A stretch of 64,000 bases of DNA from an uncultured Holophagales bacterium (lineage in GTDB: Bacteria > Acidobacteriota > Thermoanaerobaculia > Multivoradales > UBA5704): NCBI GenBank assembly GCA_963842525.1, contig CAWJGT010000019.1, positions 470,191-534,190 of the forward strand. The letters run 5' to 3'. Position numbers and translations under genes: made by a program. This document shows, in pieces, positions 42,401-50,991 of the stretch; within the stretch, counting starts at the first letter, position 1, and each line of letters begins with the position of its first letter. The notes beneath the pieces are model-generated. The model made no database searches, was not told where the DNA came from, and saw only the letters and a program-made list of their open reading frames with translations.

Positions 42401-43175
42401 CGGAAAGCCGGGCGATCGGATCTACCGGACCGGCGACCTGGGCCGCTACCTGCCGGACGGCGAGGTGGCCTTCGCCGGCCGCGCCGACCAGCAGGTCAAG
42501 ATCCGCGGCTTCCGGATCGAGCTGGGCGAGATCGAAGCCGTGCTCGGCCGGCTGCCCGGGGTGCGCGAATCCATCGTCCTCTTGCGCGAGGACGCGCCAG
42601 GCGGCGAGAAGCGCCTCGTCGCCTACATCGTCTCCGAGAAGGACGGGACGGTGGACGCCGCCCAACTGCGCGACGCGCTGCGCACACAGGTCCCGGCCTA
42701 CATGGTCCCGGCCGCCTTCGTGCTCCTGGAGCGGCTGCCGCTGACCCCCAACGGCAAGGTGGACCGCCGCGCCCTGGCCCGCATCGCGCCCGAGCGGCCG
42801 GACGGCGAAGGGGTGGAGGGCTTCGTCGAGCCGGCGAGCGACCTCGAACGGGTCATCGCCGGCATCTGGTGCGAGGTGCTCGGCCTGGAGCGGGTGGGAG
42901 CACAGCAGAATTTCTTCGATCTCGGAGGCCACTCCCTCCTCCTGGTCCGCCTGCACGCCCGCCTCCAGGAGGCCCTCGGGAGGGAGCTGACCCTGGTCGA
43001 CCTCTTCAACTATCCAAACGTCCGCGCCCTGGCCGGGTTCTTGAACCGGGAAGCGGGCCGCGGTACTGGAGGTCCTGGCGACGCCGGGCTCGCCCAGTCG
43101 AAGGACCGCGCCCAGAAGCAGATCGAAGCCGCCCGCCGCCAGAAAGAGCTGGCCCGCGCCCGCCGAGGCACGTGA
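39483..43175 (+). CDS. Monomodular NRPS C-A-T with a Lys2/alpha-aminoadipate-type A domain; last gene of the operon
   Basis: LSGLAHDPLQRDIFTPL and NLYGSTETQRAV. Code DPRHLVLRAK. Arg-rich C-terminal tail, no TE. Confidence 0.92.
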   Translation: MSLQELARAAGLDLDDLDLLAEMLREEGVQVEEETGIRRVPAAEAPLSFSQERLWFLDRLTPGTATYNMPGPLRLRGPLDTRVLARCFAEIARRHESLRTRFAIREGTPVQVIDPPGAWTIPGIDLTALPAPRRQAEAERLANEESGWPFQLDRGPLLRTLLLRLDDGEGGGEHVLLLTMHHIISDGWSMGVLFRELTTLYQAFTAGEPSPLPELPVQYADFARWQRERLAGPDLETQLAYWRERLAGSPEVIDLPLDRPRPPVQSFQGEAVQVAVPRPVAESLKALGLAEGASSFMILLAAFKLLLGRWSGQEDVLAGTPIAGRARPEVEGLIGFFLNTLVLRTDLSGRPTFRELVRRVREAALGAYAHQDVPFERLLEDLQSERDLSRTPLFQVFFNMLNLPRSEVRLPSRLTLEPLAGSTVVESKFDLTVYAAEREDGFAFNLVYNADLFDRPRMEELLRQYRRVLDQVAADPDAPIDAVSLVTPAALDLLPDPAAPLGDAWHGAVHELFAARARRHPDRLAVIDGEGTWTYGDLAEAVARLASRLRADGIVSGEPVAIWAHRSAPLVWAVLGVLEAGGAFVVLDPTYPPARLADIVRLAAPRAWLEIAAAGAPPPEVEDLLMDGRESPLPLAPSPVRHPAFRPERERGNAVAAGEGESRLGGGAPLPLGEGGGGRAGEGSGEGATGLRCRLTLPGGGPERARALLSAFPEPRPSAAVGPDDLAYIAFTSGSTGLPKGILGRHGPLSHFLPWQQERFGLADSDRYSLLSGLAHDPLQRDIFTPLCTGATLCVPSVEEIATPGRLAAWMATQGITVAHLTPAMGQLLTETGGGGPSVRIPVRIPTLRWVLLVGDILTRLDVDRIQALAPAVTCVNLYGSTETQRAVGYHVVKPERARTGEHAKQILPLGQGMRDVQLLVAGRVSRVGSTPSPRLAGIGERGEIWVRSPHLARGYLHDEPLTADRFRTNPFTGKPGDRIYRTGDLGRYLPDGEVAFAGRADQQVKIRGFRIELGEIEAVLGRLPGVRESIVLLREDAPGGEKRLVAYIVSEKDGTVDAAQLRDALRTQVPAYMVPAAFVLLERLPLTPNGKVDRRALARIAPERPDGEGVEGFVEPASDLERVIAGIWCEVLGLERVGAQQNFFDLGGHSLLLVRLHARLQEALGRELTLVDLFNYPNVRALAGFLNREAGRGTGGPGDAGLAQSKDRAQKQIEAARRQKELARARRGT
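41375..41544. repeat. Divergent full palindromic element in-frame in an A domain (A2-A3 region)
   Basis: ccctctccccctggccccctctccc ... gggggaggggtcgggggagggg with internal gggagagggg / cccctctccc hairpins. Confidence 0.85.
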
Positions 43176-43329
43176 GTCGGGGAGCGGCTCTCCGGGGCCC
43201 AGACCGGACCGCTCCCCCTCAACGCGTACATCGATTTTCAAAGAGCCCATGACGGCGACCCTGTTGCCTTCGCCATCGATGCGTCGATGCTATGGTGACT
43301 CTACTGCATCTGTCAAGGCATCTTCTGCA

Positions 43330-43356
43330 TGTCATCCTGAGCGAAGCGAAGGATCC
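43330..43356. repeat. Single arm of the GTCATCCTGAGCGAAGCGAAGGATC REP-like repeat
   Basis: tgtcatcctgagcgaagcgaaggatcc, a recognisable widespread intergenic repeat motif. No partner arm seen. Confidence 0.6.
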
Positions 43357-43359
43357 GGG

Positions 43360-43745
43360 GGATGGAACGATCCAGCGTCACCCGATAAGCATCCCGAGCC
43401 ACCTGGATTGATCCCGAGTCACCGACAAGCATGCAGCCTCACCCGCGATCGATCCCAGGCCCCTCGGCCGCGTCCCGAGCCTCCTGGATCGATCCACCGT
43501 CACCCGGCAGCCTCCCGGGTCCCCTGATCCGCGTAGCGCTCCGCCCGGAATGATCGGACCTCACCCGAAGGCATCCCAAGTCCCCTCGATCGCCCCAGCC
43601 TTACCCAACAGGCATTCCGGGTCGCCCTGGATCGATCGCGGCCCCCGCGAAAACATCCCGAGCCCCCTGGAACGATCGGCCCCACCTGACAGACATCCCG
43701 AGTCACCCGATCCGCATACAGATCACTCCGGATCGATCCAGGAAC
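43360..43745. repeat. Degenerate ~20-21-bp periodic GATC-rich array, copy 1
   Basis: Units such as cacccgataagcatcccgagc / cacctggattgatcccgagt / cacctgacagacatcccgagt / cactccggatcgatccagga. About 15 GATC sites in 400 bp by eye. Confidence 0.75.
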
Positions 43746-43758
43746 CGGCTCGGGAGGG

Positions 43759-43834
43759 CCCTGGGAGCGCCGGCGTCCCGCCGGCACATGCCACAGAAGC
43801 CGGCGAAGACGCGGGACAGCCGGCGCTCCCAGGG
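43759..43834. repeat. Intergenic REP hairpin (gggagcgccggcgtcccgccggc family), copy 1
   Basis: ccctgggagcgccggc ... gccggcgctcccaggg inverted arms. Confidence 0.85.
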
Positions 43835-43931
43835 ATAGCGCGTATAGGGGATGAGGGGGAACCATCTGCGAAACAGCGGGAAGGGAAAAAGGGGAGGGGG
43901 CGGATGGCAGGCTGCCCCCTCCGGAGAGGAG

Positions 43932-44360
43932 CTACTTCACGGTGTCAGGAGTGGAGGCCGGGCTCAGCAGCTCGGTGGACTCGGGGCCAGGCTCCGGCTC
44001 GGGTTCCGGCTCCTCGGGCAGCGGCGCATTGACCTTCCGGTTGCGCCCGCGGAACGGCTTGATCCCGAACTCGACCAGCTTCTCGCTGGAAGGGCCATAG
44101 TGCTCGCGGACCCCGGTGCGCAGCAGGTCCACCAGGGCATTGCCGGCCCGCAGCACCTCCAGCAGTTGCCTTGTCGTCTCCTGCTTGCTGGCGGCGAAGG
44201 CGCTCTGCTCGCTGTAGAGAACCTCTGCCCGGTCGCGGAGCCCGTCGAGCTTCACGCGAGAGGGCTCGAGGTGTGGGACGTCGGCCGCATTGGCCTCCAC
44301 AGCCGCGGAGGTGTGCGCCCATCCATTGGTGGTGTTCATGTAAAGCTTGACACTGGACAT
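43932..44360 (-). CDS. Hypothetical 142-aa helical protein (..SEKLVEFGIKPFRGR.. with PEPEPE tail), copy 1
   Basis: AAAGGAGA RBS before ATG. Conserved paralogue at 45902..46330 with many synonymous differences. Confidence 0.85.
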   Translation of the reverse strand: MSSVKLYMNTTNGWAHTSAAVEANAADVPHLEPSRVKLDGLRDRAEVLYSEQSAFAASKQETTRQLLEVLRAGNALVDLLRTGVREHYGPSSEKLVEFGIKPFRGRNRKVNAPLPEEPEPEPEPGPESTELLSPASTPDTVK

Positions 44361-44469
44361 CGCCGTTCTCCTTTCGGGAGAACTTCCGGCACCGGTATTG
44401 ATGCCGGAAGACTTGAAGCCGAGGGTGTCCGGGTATCCCGAATCATCCGCAGCGGCTCCAATGCAGCGC

Positions 44470-44498
44470 AGGATGCACCAATGTTTCCACGATGTCAA
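44470..44498 (-). promoter_or_regulatory. Putative sigma70 promoter for the 142-aa gene (second copy at 46436-46464)
   Basis: Minus strand TTGACA-17 bp-CATCCT, identical in both copies. Confidence 0.55.
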
Positions 44499-44563
44499 CC
44501 CCCCATCTTCCTGCTTGCCTGTCCAAGCCTCGGAACGTCTCCGACGGATCAGGGAGCGCTGCG

Positions 44564-44592
44564 TTGACGTGCATACGGAAGGGGTGTAGGTT
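44564..44592 (+). promoter_or_regulatory. Putative outward sigma70 promoter, copy 1
   Basis: TTGACG-17 bp-TAGGTT, the start of a ~130-bp block repeated at 46859-46989. Confidence 0.6.
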
Positions 44593-44842
44593 GATAACGT
44601 CAGGTGGTAAAGGAGCTTGCAAGCTCGGCATCTAAGGAGGCGATAGAGCGGAAGGGCAGGTTCGATGAATATGTCGGCGCACAGGAGTGCCGGCCACCTA
44701 TGTGAAGCACAGTGAAGCAGCGCCGAAAGGGTACGAAGTTTGCCGCACGTTCACGCGAAATGTCGGCCGAGCCAATGCCCTTCGACGGCGAGCGCGTCGT
44801 TTTACTGCGGCTTCGGGTGGGTCATCACGATGGAGACATGAC

Positions 44843-45328
44843 ATGGTGAAGCCAGCAAAGAACACGATTTGCCTTTGGTACGATGGCGACGCCGAGGACG
44901 CGGCGCGGTTTTACGCCAAGACGTTTCCCGATTCATCCGTCGGCGCGGTGCACCGCGCACCGGGAGACTTTCCGTCCGGAAAGAAAGGGGATGTGTTGAC
45001 GGTCGAGTTTACCGTGATGGGGATTCCCTGCCTCGGGCTCAATGGCGGACCCGAATTCAAGCACAACGAAGCATTCTCGTTTCAGGTCGCAACCGCCGAC
45101 CAGGACGAAACCGATCGTTACTGGAATGCAATCGTCGGCAACGGCGGCCAAGAGAGTGCGTGCGGCTGGTGCAAGGACAAATGGGGATTGTCCTGGCAGA
45201 TTACGCCGGTCGCTCTGACCCAAGCGATAACCGATCCCGATCCCGCCGCCGCCAAGCGCGCGTTCGATGCGATGATGGAGATGCAAAAGATCGACATCGC
45301 CGCAATCGAGGCGGCGCGCCACGGTTGA
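44843..45328 (+). CDS. VOC family / PhnB-like 3-demethylubiquinone-9 3-methyltransferase family protein
   Basis: NTICLWYDGDAEDAARFY, LNGGPEFKHNEAFSFQV, CGWCKDKWGLSWQI. Confidence 0.92.
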   Translation: MVKPAKNTICLWYDGDAEDAARFYAKTFPDSSVGAVHRAPGDFPSGKKGDVLTVEFTVMGIPCLGLNGGPEFKHNEAFSFQVATADQDETDRYWNAIVGNGGQESACGWCKDKWGLSWQITPVALTQAITDPDPAAAKRAFDAMMEMQKIDIAAIEAARHG

Positions 45329-45399
45329 GGTTGCATCTTCGAAGCGTGCATCTCGGAAGCGCAAGGGGAACATGACGGGCGGACCAGAACCCGCTCGGT

Positions 45400-45706
45400 C
45401 CTGAGCCTGCGGTCATCGCCCGCGATCGATCTCAGGCCACCTCGGATCGACCCCGAGTCCCCTGAATCGGTCCACGGCAACCGACAAGCATCCCGAATCC
45501 CCCTGGTCCGCATACAGCTCCGCCCGGATCGATCAGAGCTATCCCGAGCCCTCTGGATCGATCCAGCCTCACCCGATAGGCATTCCGGGTCGGCCTGGAT
45601 CGATCGCGGCGTACGCGGATGCATCCGGATAGATCGATCCAGAGTCACCTGACAGCCATCCTGAGTCACCCGATCCGCCTACAGATCACTCTGGATCGAT
45701 CCCGGA
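45400..45706. repeat. Degenerate ~21-bp periodic GATC-rich array, copy 2
   Basis: Shares units with copy 1 (aggcattccgggtcg.cctggatcgatcgcggc; gagtcacccgatccgc.tacagatcactc.ggatcgatcc). Confidence 0.75.
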
Positions 45707-45722
45707 AGGCGGGTGGGAGGGC

Positions 45723-45797
45723 CCCTGGGAGCGCCGGCGTCCCGCCGGCACTTGCCACAGAAGCCGGCGAGGAAGCCGACAGCCGGCGCTTCCAGGG
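45723..45797. repeat. Intergenic REP hairpin, copy 2
   Basis: ccctgggagcgccggcgtcccgccggc ... gccggcgcttccaggg. Confidence 0.85.
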
Positions 45798-45901
45798 ATC
45801 GCGCGTATGGGGATTAGGGGGGATCAGGGAGTCTACTTTGCGAGCACCGAGGAAGGAAAAAGGGGAGGGGCGGATGGCAGGCTGCCCCCTCCGGAGAAGA
45901 G

Positions 45902-46330
45902 CTACTTCACGGTGTCAGGAGTGGAGGCCGGGCTCAGCAGCTCGGTCGACTCGGGGCCCGGCTCGGGCTCGGGCTCCGGCTCCTCGGGCAGCGGCGGCTG
46001 AGCCTTCTTGGTCCGTCCGCGGAACGGCTGGATCCCGAACTCGACCAGCTTCTCGCTGGAGGGGCCATAGTGCTCGCGGACTCCGGTGCGCAGCAGGTCC
46101 GCCAGGGCATTGCCGGCCCGCAGCACCTCCTGCAGTTGCCTCGTCGCCTCCTGCTTGCCGGCGGCGAAGGCGCTCTGCTCGTTGCTGAGAGCTTCGGCCC
46201 GATCGCGGAACCCGTCGAGCTTCACGCGCGAGGGCTGGAGGTGTGGGAGGTCATCCTCATTGGCCTGCACAGCCGCGGAGGTGTGCGCCCATCCACTGGT
46301 GGTGTTCATGTACTGCCTGACACTGGACAT
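45902..46330 (-). CDS. Hypothetical 142-aa helical protein, copy 2
   Basis: Paralogue of 43932..44360 with the same RBS and identical C-terminus. Confidence 0.85.
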   Translation of the reverse strand: MSSVRQYMNTTSGWAHTSAAVQANEDDLPHLQPSRVKLDGFRDRAEALSNEQSAFAAGKQEATRQLQEVLRAGNALADLLRTGVREHYGPSSEKLVEFGIQPFRGRTKKAQPPLPEEPEPEPEPGPESTELLSPASTPDTVK

Positions 46331-46858
46331 CGTCGTTCTCCTTTCGGGAGATTCCGGCACCGGTATTGATGCCGGAAGACTTGAAGCCGAGGTGTCCGGT
46401 ATCCCGAATCATCCGCAGCGGCTCCAATGCAGCGCAGGATGCACCAATGTTTCCACGATGTCAACCCCCAATCTTTCTGCTTGCTTGTCCAAGCCTCGGT
46501 GAGCCTCCGGCGACTCGGCAAAGGGATCGCTTCATGTCTGAAGCTCGCGACAATGTTCTTACACGACCGGACCTCGACGGAGAAGACGCCACGCCGGCCG
46601 CGACAAGTCGCTGCCCTGCCGGAGCTTGAGCCTCTTTCCTAGGACGGCTTATTGCCGAAACCAGCCCCGCAGAACGTGCCGCTGCACCAGCTCGGGTCGG
46701 CCTCTATTCGAGGTATAGCTATTCCGCAGTTCACTCAAATCCCTGATCCGCGCAGGCGCAGGTCCATCCCCGAGGAAGGCTTCGCTCGTCCAGTAAGACG
46801 TCTTTGCAATCGTCTGGAGCCAAGCCCGGTCAGTGCCTATTCAACGCTCCTCACGGTC

Positions 46859-46887
46859 TTGACGTGCATACGGAAGGGGTGTAAAGT
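46859..46887 (+). promoter_or_regulatory. Putative outward promoter (Pc-like) ahead of the cassette array, copy 2
   Basis: TTGACG-17 bp-TAAAGT, about 120 bp upstream of the cassette core site GTTAGCT at 47008. Confidence 0.6.
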
Positions 46888-47035
46888 CGATAAAATCAAG
46901 AGGCAAAGGATCTTGCAACCTCGGCATCTCGAGAGGCGATAGAGCGGAAGGGCAGGTTCGATGAATATGTCGGTGCACAGGAGCGCCGGTGAATCCTTAA
47001 GGCAGGGGTTAGCTGTCGAGAGAGTGTATAGGCTA

Positions 47036-47919
47036 ATGGAACTCGTTTATCGGAAGTTCAAAAGGCGCCGTGAAGGATCCTGCAACATTTGTGGGAAGAT
47101 CGGCCCACTCAGTTGGGATCATGTTCCTCCTAAAGGAGGTATCGAGCTAGAGCCTGTGGAGATAGGGCGTGTGGCTGCCGTTTTCGTGTCAGGATTAGCC
47201 TCAGAGCATCAAGAGATATCCCAGAACGGTCTTAAATTCCGCACACTATGTGCCAAATGCAACTCGTACCTCGGCTCTCAGTACGACCCAGCGCTGAATG
47301 ACTTCGCACGCACTGTCGGGCGCTTCCTCCGTACGAGCCTTGAACTTCCACCGATCGTACATGTAGAGGCGCCGCCCACAGCTATTGCGCGCGCAGTGCT
47401 CGGGCATATTCTCGCTGCTCGACTTTCCACCCAAGACAGTTTCTTCGACCCACTTATACGTCAGCTTGTCCTCGATCCCGCCATGGCTATACCCGAAGAC
47501 ATGAGCATCTTCTATTTTGTGTACCCGTATGCACAACAGATAGTGTTCTTCGGGATGCTATTATGCCGCTGCGCCGAGGAGATTTCTCGGATGGTCAGCG
47601 GTTTGGCTTGCTAAAATATTTTCCTATCGGCTATCTTATTACTACGGCGACAGCCTATGAAGGCTTAAACTCCTTGACAGCTTGGCGAAACGAACCCGCT
47701 TCAACCATGGTCAGGCTTCCTCTGCATCTTCGCAACGTTCACGACCCTTACTGGCCAGAAGCGACGTCTCCGGGCAACTATCTATTCGGTGGTGAGGACC
47801 TCATGCAGTCTGTCCAAGCATATCCAGCGAAACACAAGCTAGGACAACTCCGAAATCAAGCAGCTAACCCCGCGCTCAACCGGACGGATACCGCGCTATC
47901 GCGCGGCCCCGCCGGTTAG
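47036..47919 (+). CDS. HNH-type nuclease-like gene cassette, frameshifted near 47545
   Basis: CNICG..DHVPPK..TLCAKCN motif and low GC. ORFs 46961..47614 and 47563..47919 overlap in different frames, and the stop lies inside attC. Confidence 0.7.
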
Positions 47920-47920
47920 C

Positions 47921-49964
47921 CCAACTTCGGCGGTTTTCCTGAGGAACTCCAGGAGAACCGGGGGTTTGGCGAGGTTTTCGTCACTATCCCTGGGGGTCCT
48001 CCTCTTGGGCCGGCAGCCAGGTCTTGAGGGGAGACATGACCTCCTCGGGGATGGCGAGGACGCGGTAGATGAGCCGCTGCTGGGGATCCGGCGTGGTGGC
48101 CCGGCGGATCTTCAGCAGGCTACCGTCGGTGGTCGGCAAGACCGCGGTGACGACCTGATGGGTGCTCAACTGTTCGCGCAGCGTCGCCTAGGAGGTGTGG
48201 ATGTCCTGGTCGAGAAAGCTCTTCTCGATAGCGATCAGCAGATGGTAGGCCAGCACGCAGAGGAAGATGTGGGTCTCGACACGGTGCTGGAGGTGGTGGA
48301 AGATCGGCCGCTCGCTCAGCGGACTCTTCATGTCGCGGAAGGCGTCCTCGACGCGGGTCAGCAGGACGTAAAGACGCCAAGCTTCCTCGGCCGTGAGATC
48401 TTTGCGATCCGTCTTCAGCAGGTAAGAGCCGTCGAGACGCAGGGCACGCTGCTTCTTCTGGTGATCTTCCTGCCAGTCCAGTTTCTGCTGGGCCACGTCA
48501 TAATCCATTTTCCAATAGCGGGCCACGCGAGGGTAGCGCTCCTTGAGCCGCCCAAGGGCTTCGTAAATCTTTTCTGAGCGTTGCAGCCGGCCTGCTTCAA
48601 TACGTTTTTGCAGTCGAGCCAAGTCCGCCAGCAGACGTTTTTCCTGCTTCAGGCGGATGGCCTCATCTTTGGCCTTTCGGCCTTCACTGCGGCACAAGAC
48701 GTAGAGATGTTCGGCGGTCTCGGCCTGTTTGATCCAGACTCTGGATTTCTTCTGCGCCGGATTGCGCGGCGAGGGCTGACGGATCAGCTCCTGCCAGCCC
48801 TCCTCCTCTTCGAGCTCGTCGAACCAGGCCTGTCGCTCGCTCTGGCGGCTGGCCACCAGGTAGTGGTGCCCACGCGCCTTGATCTGGGCCAAGTTGTCCT
48901 CGTAGGCCATGCCGCGATCGACGATCACTGTGGCGCCGCCGCAGCGACCGCTGCGCTTTTCGAGGCAGACTCAGCATCTCTTCGAGCGAAGCACGATCCT
49001 GACGGTTGCCCTCGAAAACCTCGTGCGCTTTGGGGAATCCATCCCGGTCCAGCACCAAGCCCACCACCACCTGCTTGCAGTCCGGTCGCTGGTCGCGCGA
49101 GTAGCCGCGTTGGGCCTTCGGGTTGTTCTTGCACTGACCTTCGAAGTAGGTCGAGGTCAGGTCGTAGAGGTAGTACGTGTCGTCGAGGTTGAAGAGGCTC
49201 TTCTCTCGTTGCGCCAAGGCGCTTTCGATGTCCTGCCGGTTCGGGTGGAGACGGTCCAGGTTGCGGTACAAGGCGGTATCGCTGAGCTCGCTCAGATCGA
49301 CGCGCAACAGGTCGCTCAGCGCCGTGCGCTCAATCCACTCCGGCATGGCGTGCTCCGAGCACGGCGCAACCAGGCGGTTGAGCACCATCACTTCGCTGAG
49401 CAGGCGAGCCCGCGCCGACAGGCCGATTTCCTCAAGGATCTTCTCCAGACCCAGCCGTCTCCAGAGCTGATGGCCCACGTGGACGGGCCCGGCCTCACGC
49501 GCCTTCTCCAAGCTCACCTGGTCGGTGTGCACCGCCACCACGTCGTCGCCTCGCGGGGCCAGACTTTCCCCGGCCGAACGAATCCGGCTCACGATGTCGT
49601 CGACCAGGGGATCGGGCCCTTCCAGGGGCACCTGCCCCTGCAGCGCCGCCTCGATTCGGTTCGCCAAGCCCAGCCATTTCTCCCGCGGCCCTGGCGACAA
49701 GTCGCCTAACGAGCAGATCGTCCGCTGTCGCGGACCCTGGGGAGTGCTCACCGACTCCACCAACAGGTAGCTGGTGTAGGTCTGGTCCTTGTAGCGTTTG
49801 ACCGTCTTGCGGATGAACACGGGGATCTCTATACCAGAGATCCCGTCGCGACGCTTTCGTCACTATTTGCGCTAAACGGGAAAACCACCCTCCTGGAATC
49901 AATAACTTACGAGCGGGCTCTCCCCCGATTCCCGCCTTTTTCCACAGGGGGCCGCCGAAGTTGG
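47921..49964 (-). mobile_element. IS1634-family insertion sequence
   Basis: 13-bp terminal IR ccaacttcggcgg / ccgccgaagttgg and 6-bp target duplication GTTAGC (47915-20, 49965-70). Confidence 0.92.
47984..49820 (-). pseudogene. IS1634 transposase with a frameshift (~48960) and an in-frame stop (48188-48190)
   Basis: LYDLTSTYFEG, GYSRDQRPDCKQV, IVDRGM, VEDAFRDMKS..RPIFH..RVETHIFLCVLAY, spread over three ORF pieces. Confidence 0.85.
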
Positions 49965-50336
49965 GTTAGCTTCCTAGGGCGTTATGCGGTAGGCTAAGGA
50001 GGTTATCACGCAAGTACTCAGTACTCTGGTGGCTGTTCTCGTTGGAGCCTTGCTGAGCTGGGCCGGGAGTTTTATTACTCATCGGGTGCAGCAGAGTACG
50101 GTACGCCGGGGCAGACTCGAAGCTGCATACTCGCGATGGTGTAGACGCCCGCCTTATTTCGTGACCGCCGCCTGAGTTTTTCCCAGTTTTCAGCGTGGTC
50201 AGGTAGATTCGTCGGCGCAGGAGTGCGGGACGATTTTGCCTGTGGAGAGGTCGGGCAAGGCAAGCGAAGCCCGCCGGGCTCTCCTTGTGTCTTTTGGCGG
50301 ACCGGGGATGACCCGACGGGCTTCCGAGAGGAGGCC

Positions 50337-50900
50337 ATGTTAAGTCTGAAGGGCGTGGGCTGCAAGCAGTATCGAGAGCAGATGGACGGCGGGGCGGTTC
50401 CCGAGCTGAGCTGCCCGGATCCGGATTGTCAGAGGACCCGTCTGCGGGGCCACGGCTCCTACAAGCGCTTCCTCGCAGGAGTGCTTCAGGCCTTGCGGCG
50501 GGTGCGGTGCCCGCGTTGCAGGGTCAGCCATGCGGTGTTGCCGGAGGACGTGTGCGCCTATCGCGATTTGACCTTGGCGGCCGTGGAGGCGGGTCTGGCT
50601 GCGGGGAGTCCGAGCGAAGGCGCCGAGGTTTCAGGGCAGTGCGGCAGTTCGGGGGTGCGGCGGGTGCGGGGTTGGCTGCGCAGCGCGCACGAGCCCTTTG
50701 CCGCCAAGCTGCAGGCGCTGCTGGGGCCAGTGCCGGCTCCGTGGTGGCGGGGGGCGCAGGAGGTGGTGGGCCAGGCGGCGGGTTGGTTGACGCGGCTGCG
50801 GCACTTTCTGTGGTCGTCCTGGGGCTGCTTTTTCGGCGGAGTGAGCGGACTGTTCCGCCACGGCCGGCCGTCCTGGCGGTCAGGGGAGGCCTCTCCATAG
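50337..50900 (+). CDS. DUF6431-like Zn-ribbon transposon accessory protein
   Basis: CPDPDC..LRGHGSYKR..RVRCPRCRVSHAVLP, with GAGGAGG RBS. Confidence 0.75.
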   Translation: MLSLKGVGCKQYREQMDGGAVPELSCPDPDCQRTRLRGHGSYKRFLAGVLQALRRVRCPRCRVSHAVLPEDVCAYRDLTLAAVEAGLAAGSPSEGAEVSGQCGSSGVRRVRGWLRSAHEPFAAKLQALLGPVPAPWWRGAQEVVGQAAGWLTRLRHFLWSSWGCFFGGVSGLFRHGRPSWRSGEASP

Positions 50901-50991
50901 GTTGGTAACTACCCATCGCAGGGTTCTGCCACGAAGCTACTGGCGGGGGCTGTGGGATGGTCCCAGAGCCCGATTGCGGAGACTTCGTGCG

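Larger units (their letters stand above)
47861..49987 (+). other. attC site split by an IS1634 insertion
   Basis: R'' cagctaac (47861-68) complements the cassette start gttagctg (47008-15). L'' gctcaacc pairs with L' ggttagc with one extrahelical C. R' gttatgc lies at 49981-87, after the IS. Confidence 0.85.

Noticed and set aside
34-43250. Very long minus-strand ORFs (e.g. 34..3678, 9862..13602, 30406..34710, 38730..43250)
   Set aside because: Antisense shadows of high-GC NRPS genes with no domain motifs of their own.
43249-44032. Plus-strand ORFs across the GATC array (43249..43527, 43550..44032)
   Set aside because: Low-complexity translations of repeats, and the frames are not conserved in the second copy.
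44843-45400. VOC gene as an integron cassette
   Set aside because: No RYYYAAC..GTTRRRY attC after its stop and no matching core site upstream.
43360-45706. CRISPR array interpretation of the periodic repeats
   Set aside because: No identical repeats separated by unique spacers and no cas genes; the units are degenerate and contiguous.
46500-46858. Integron integrase remnant upstream of the cassette promoter
   Set aside because: No tyrosine-recombinase motifs recognised on either strand.
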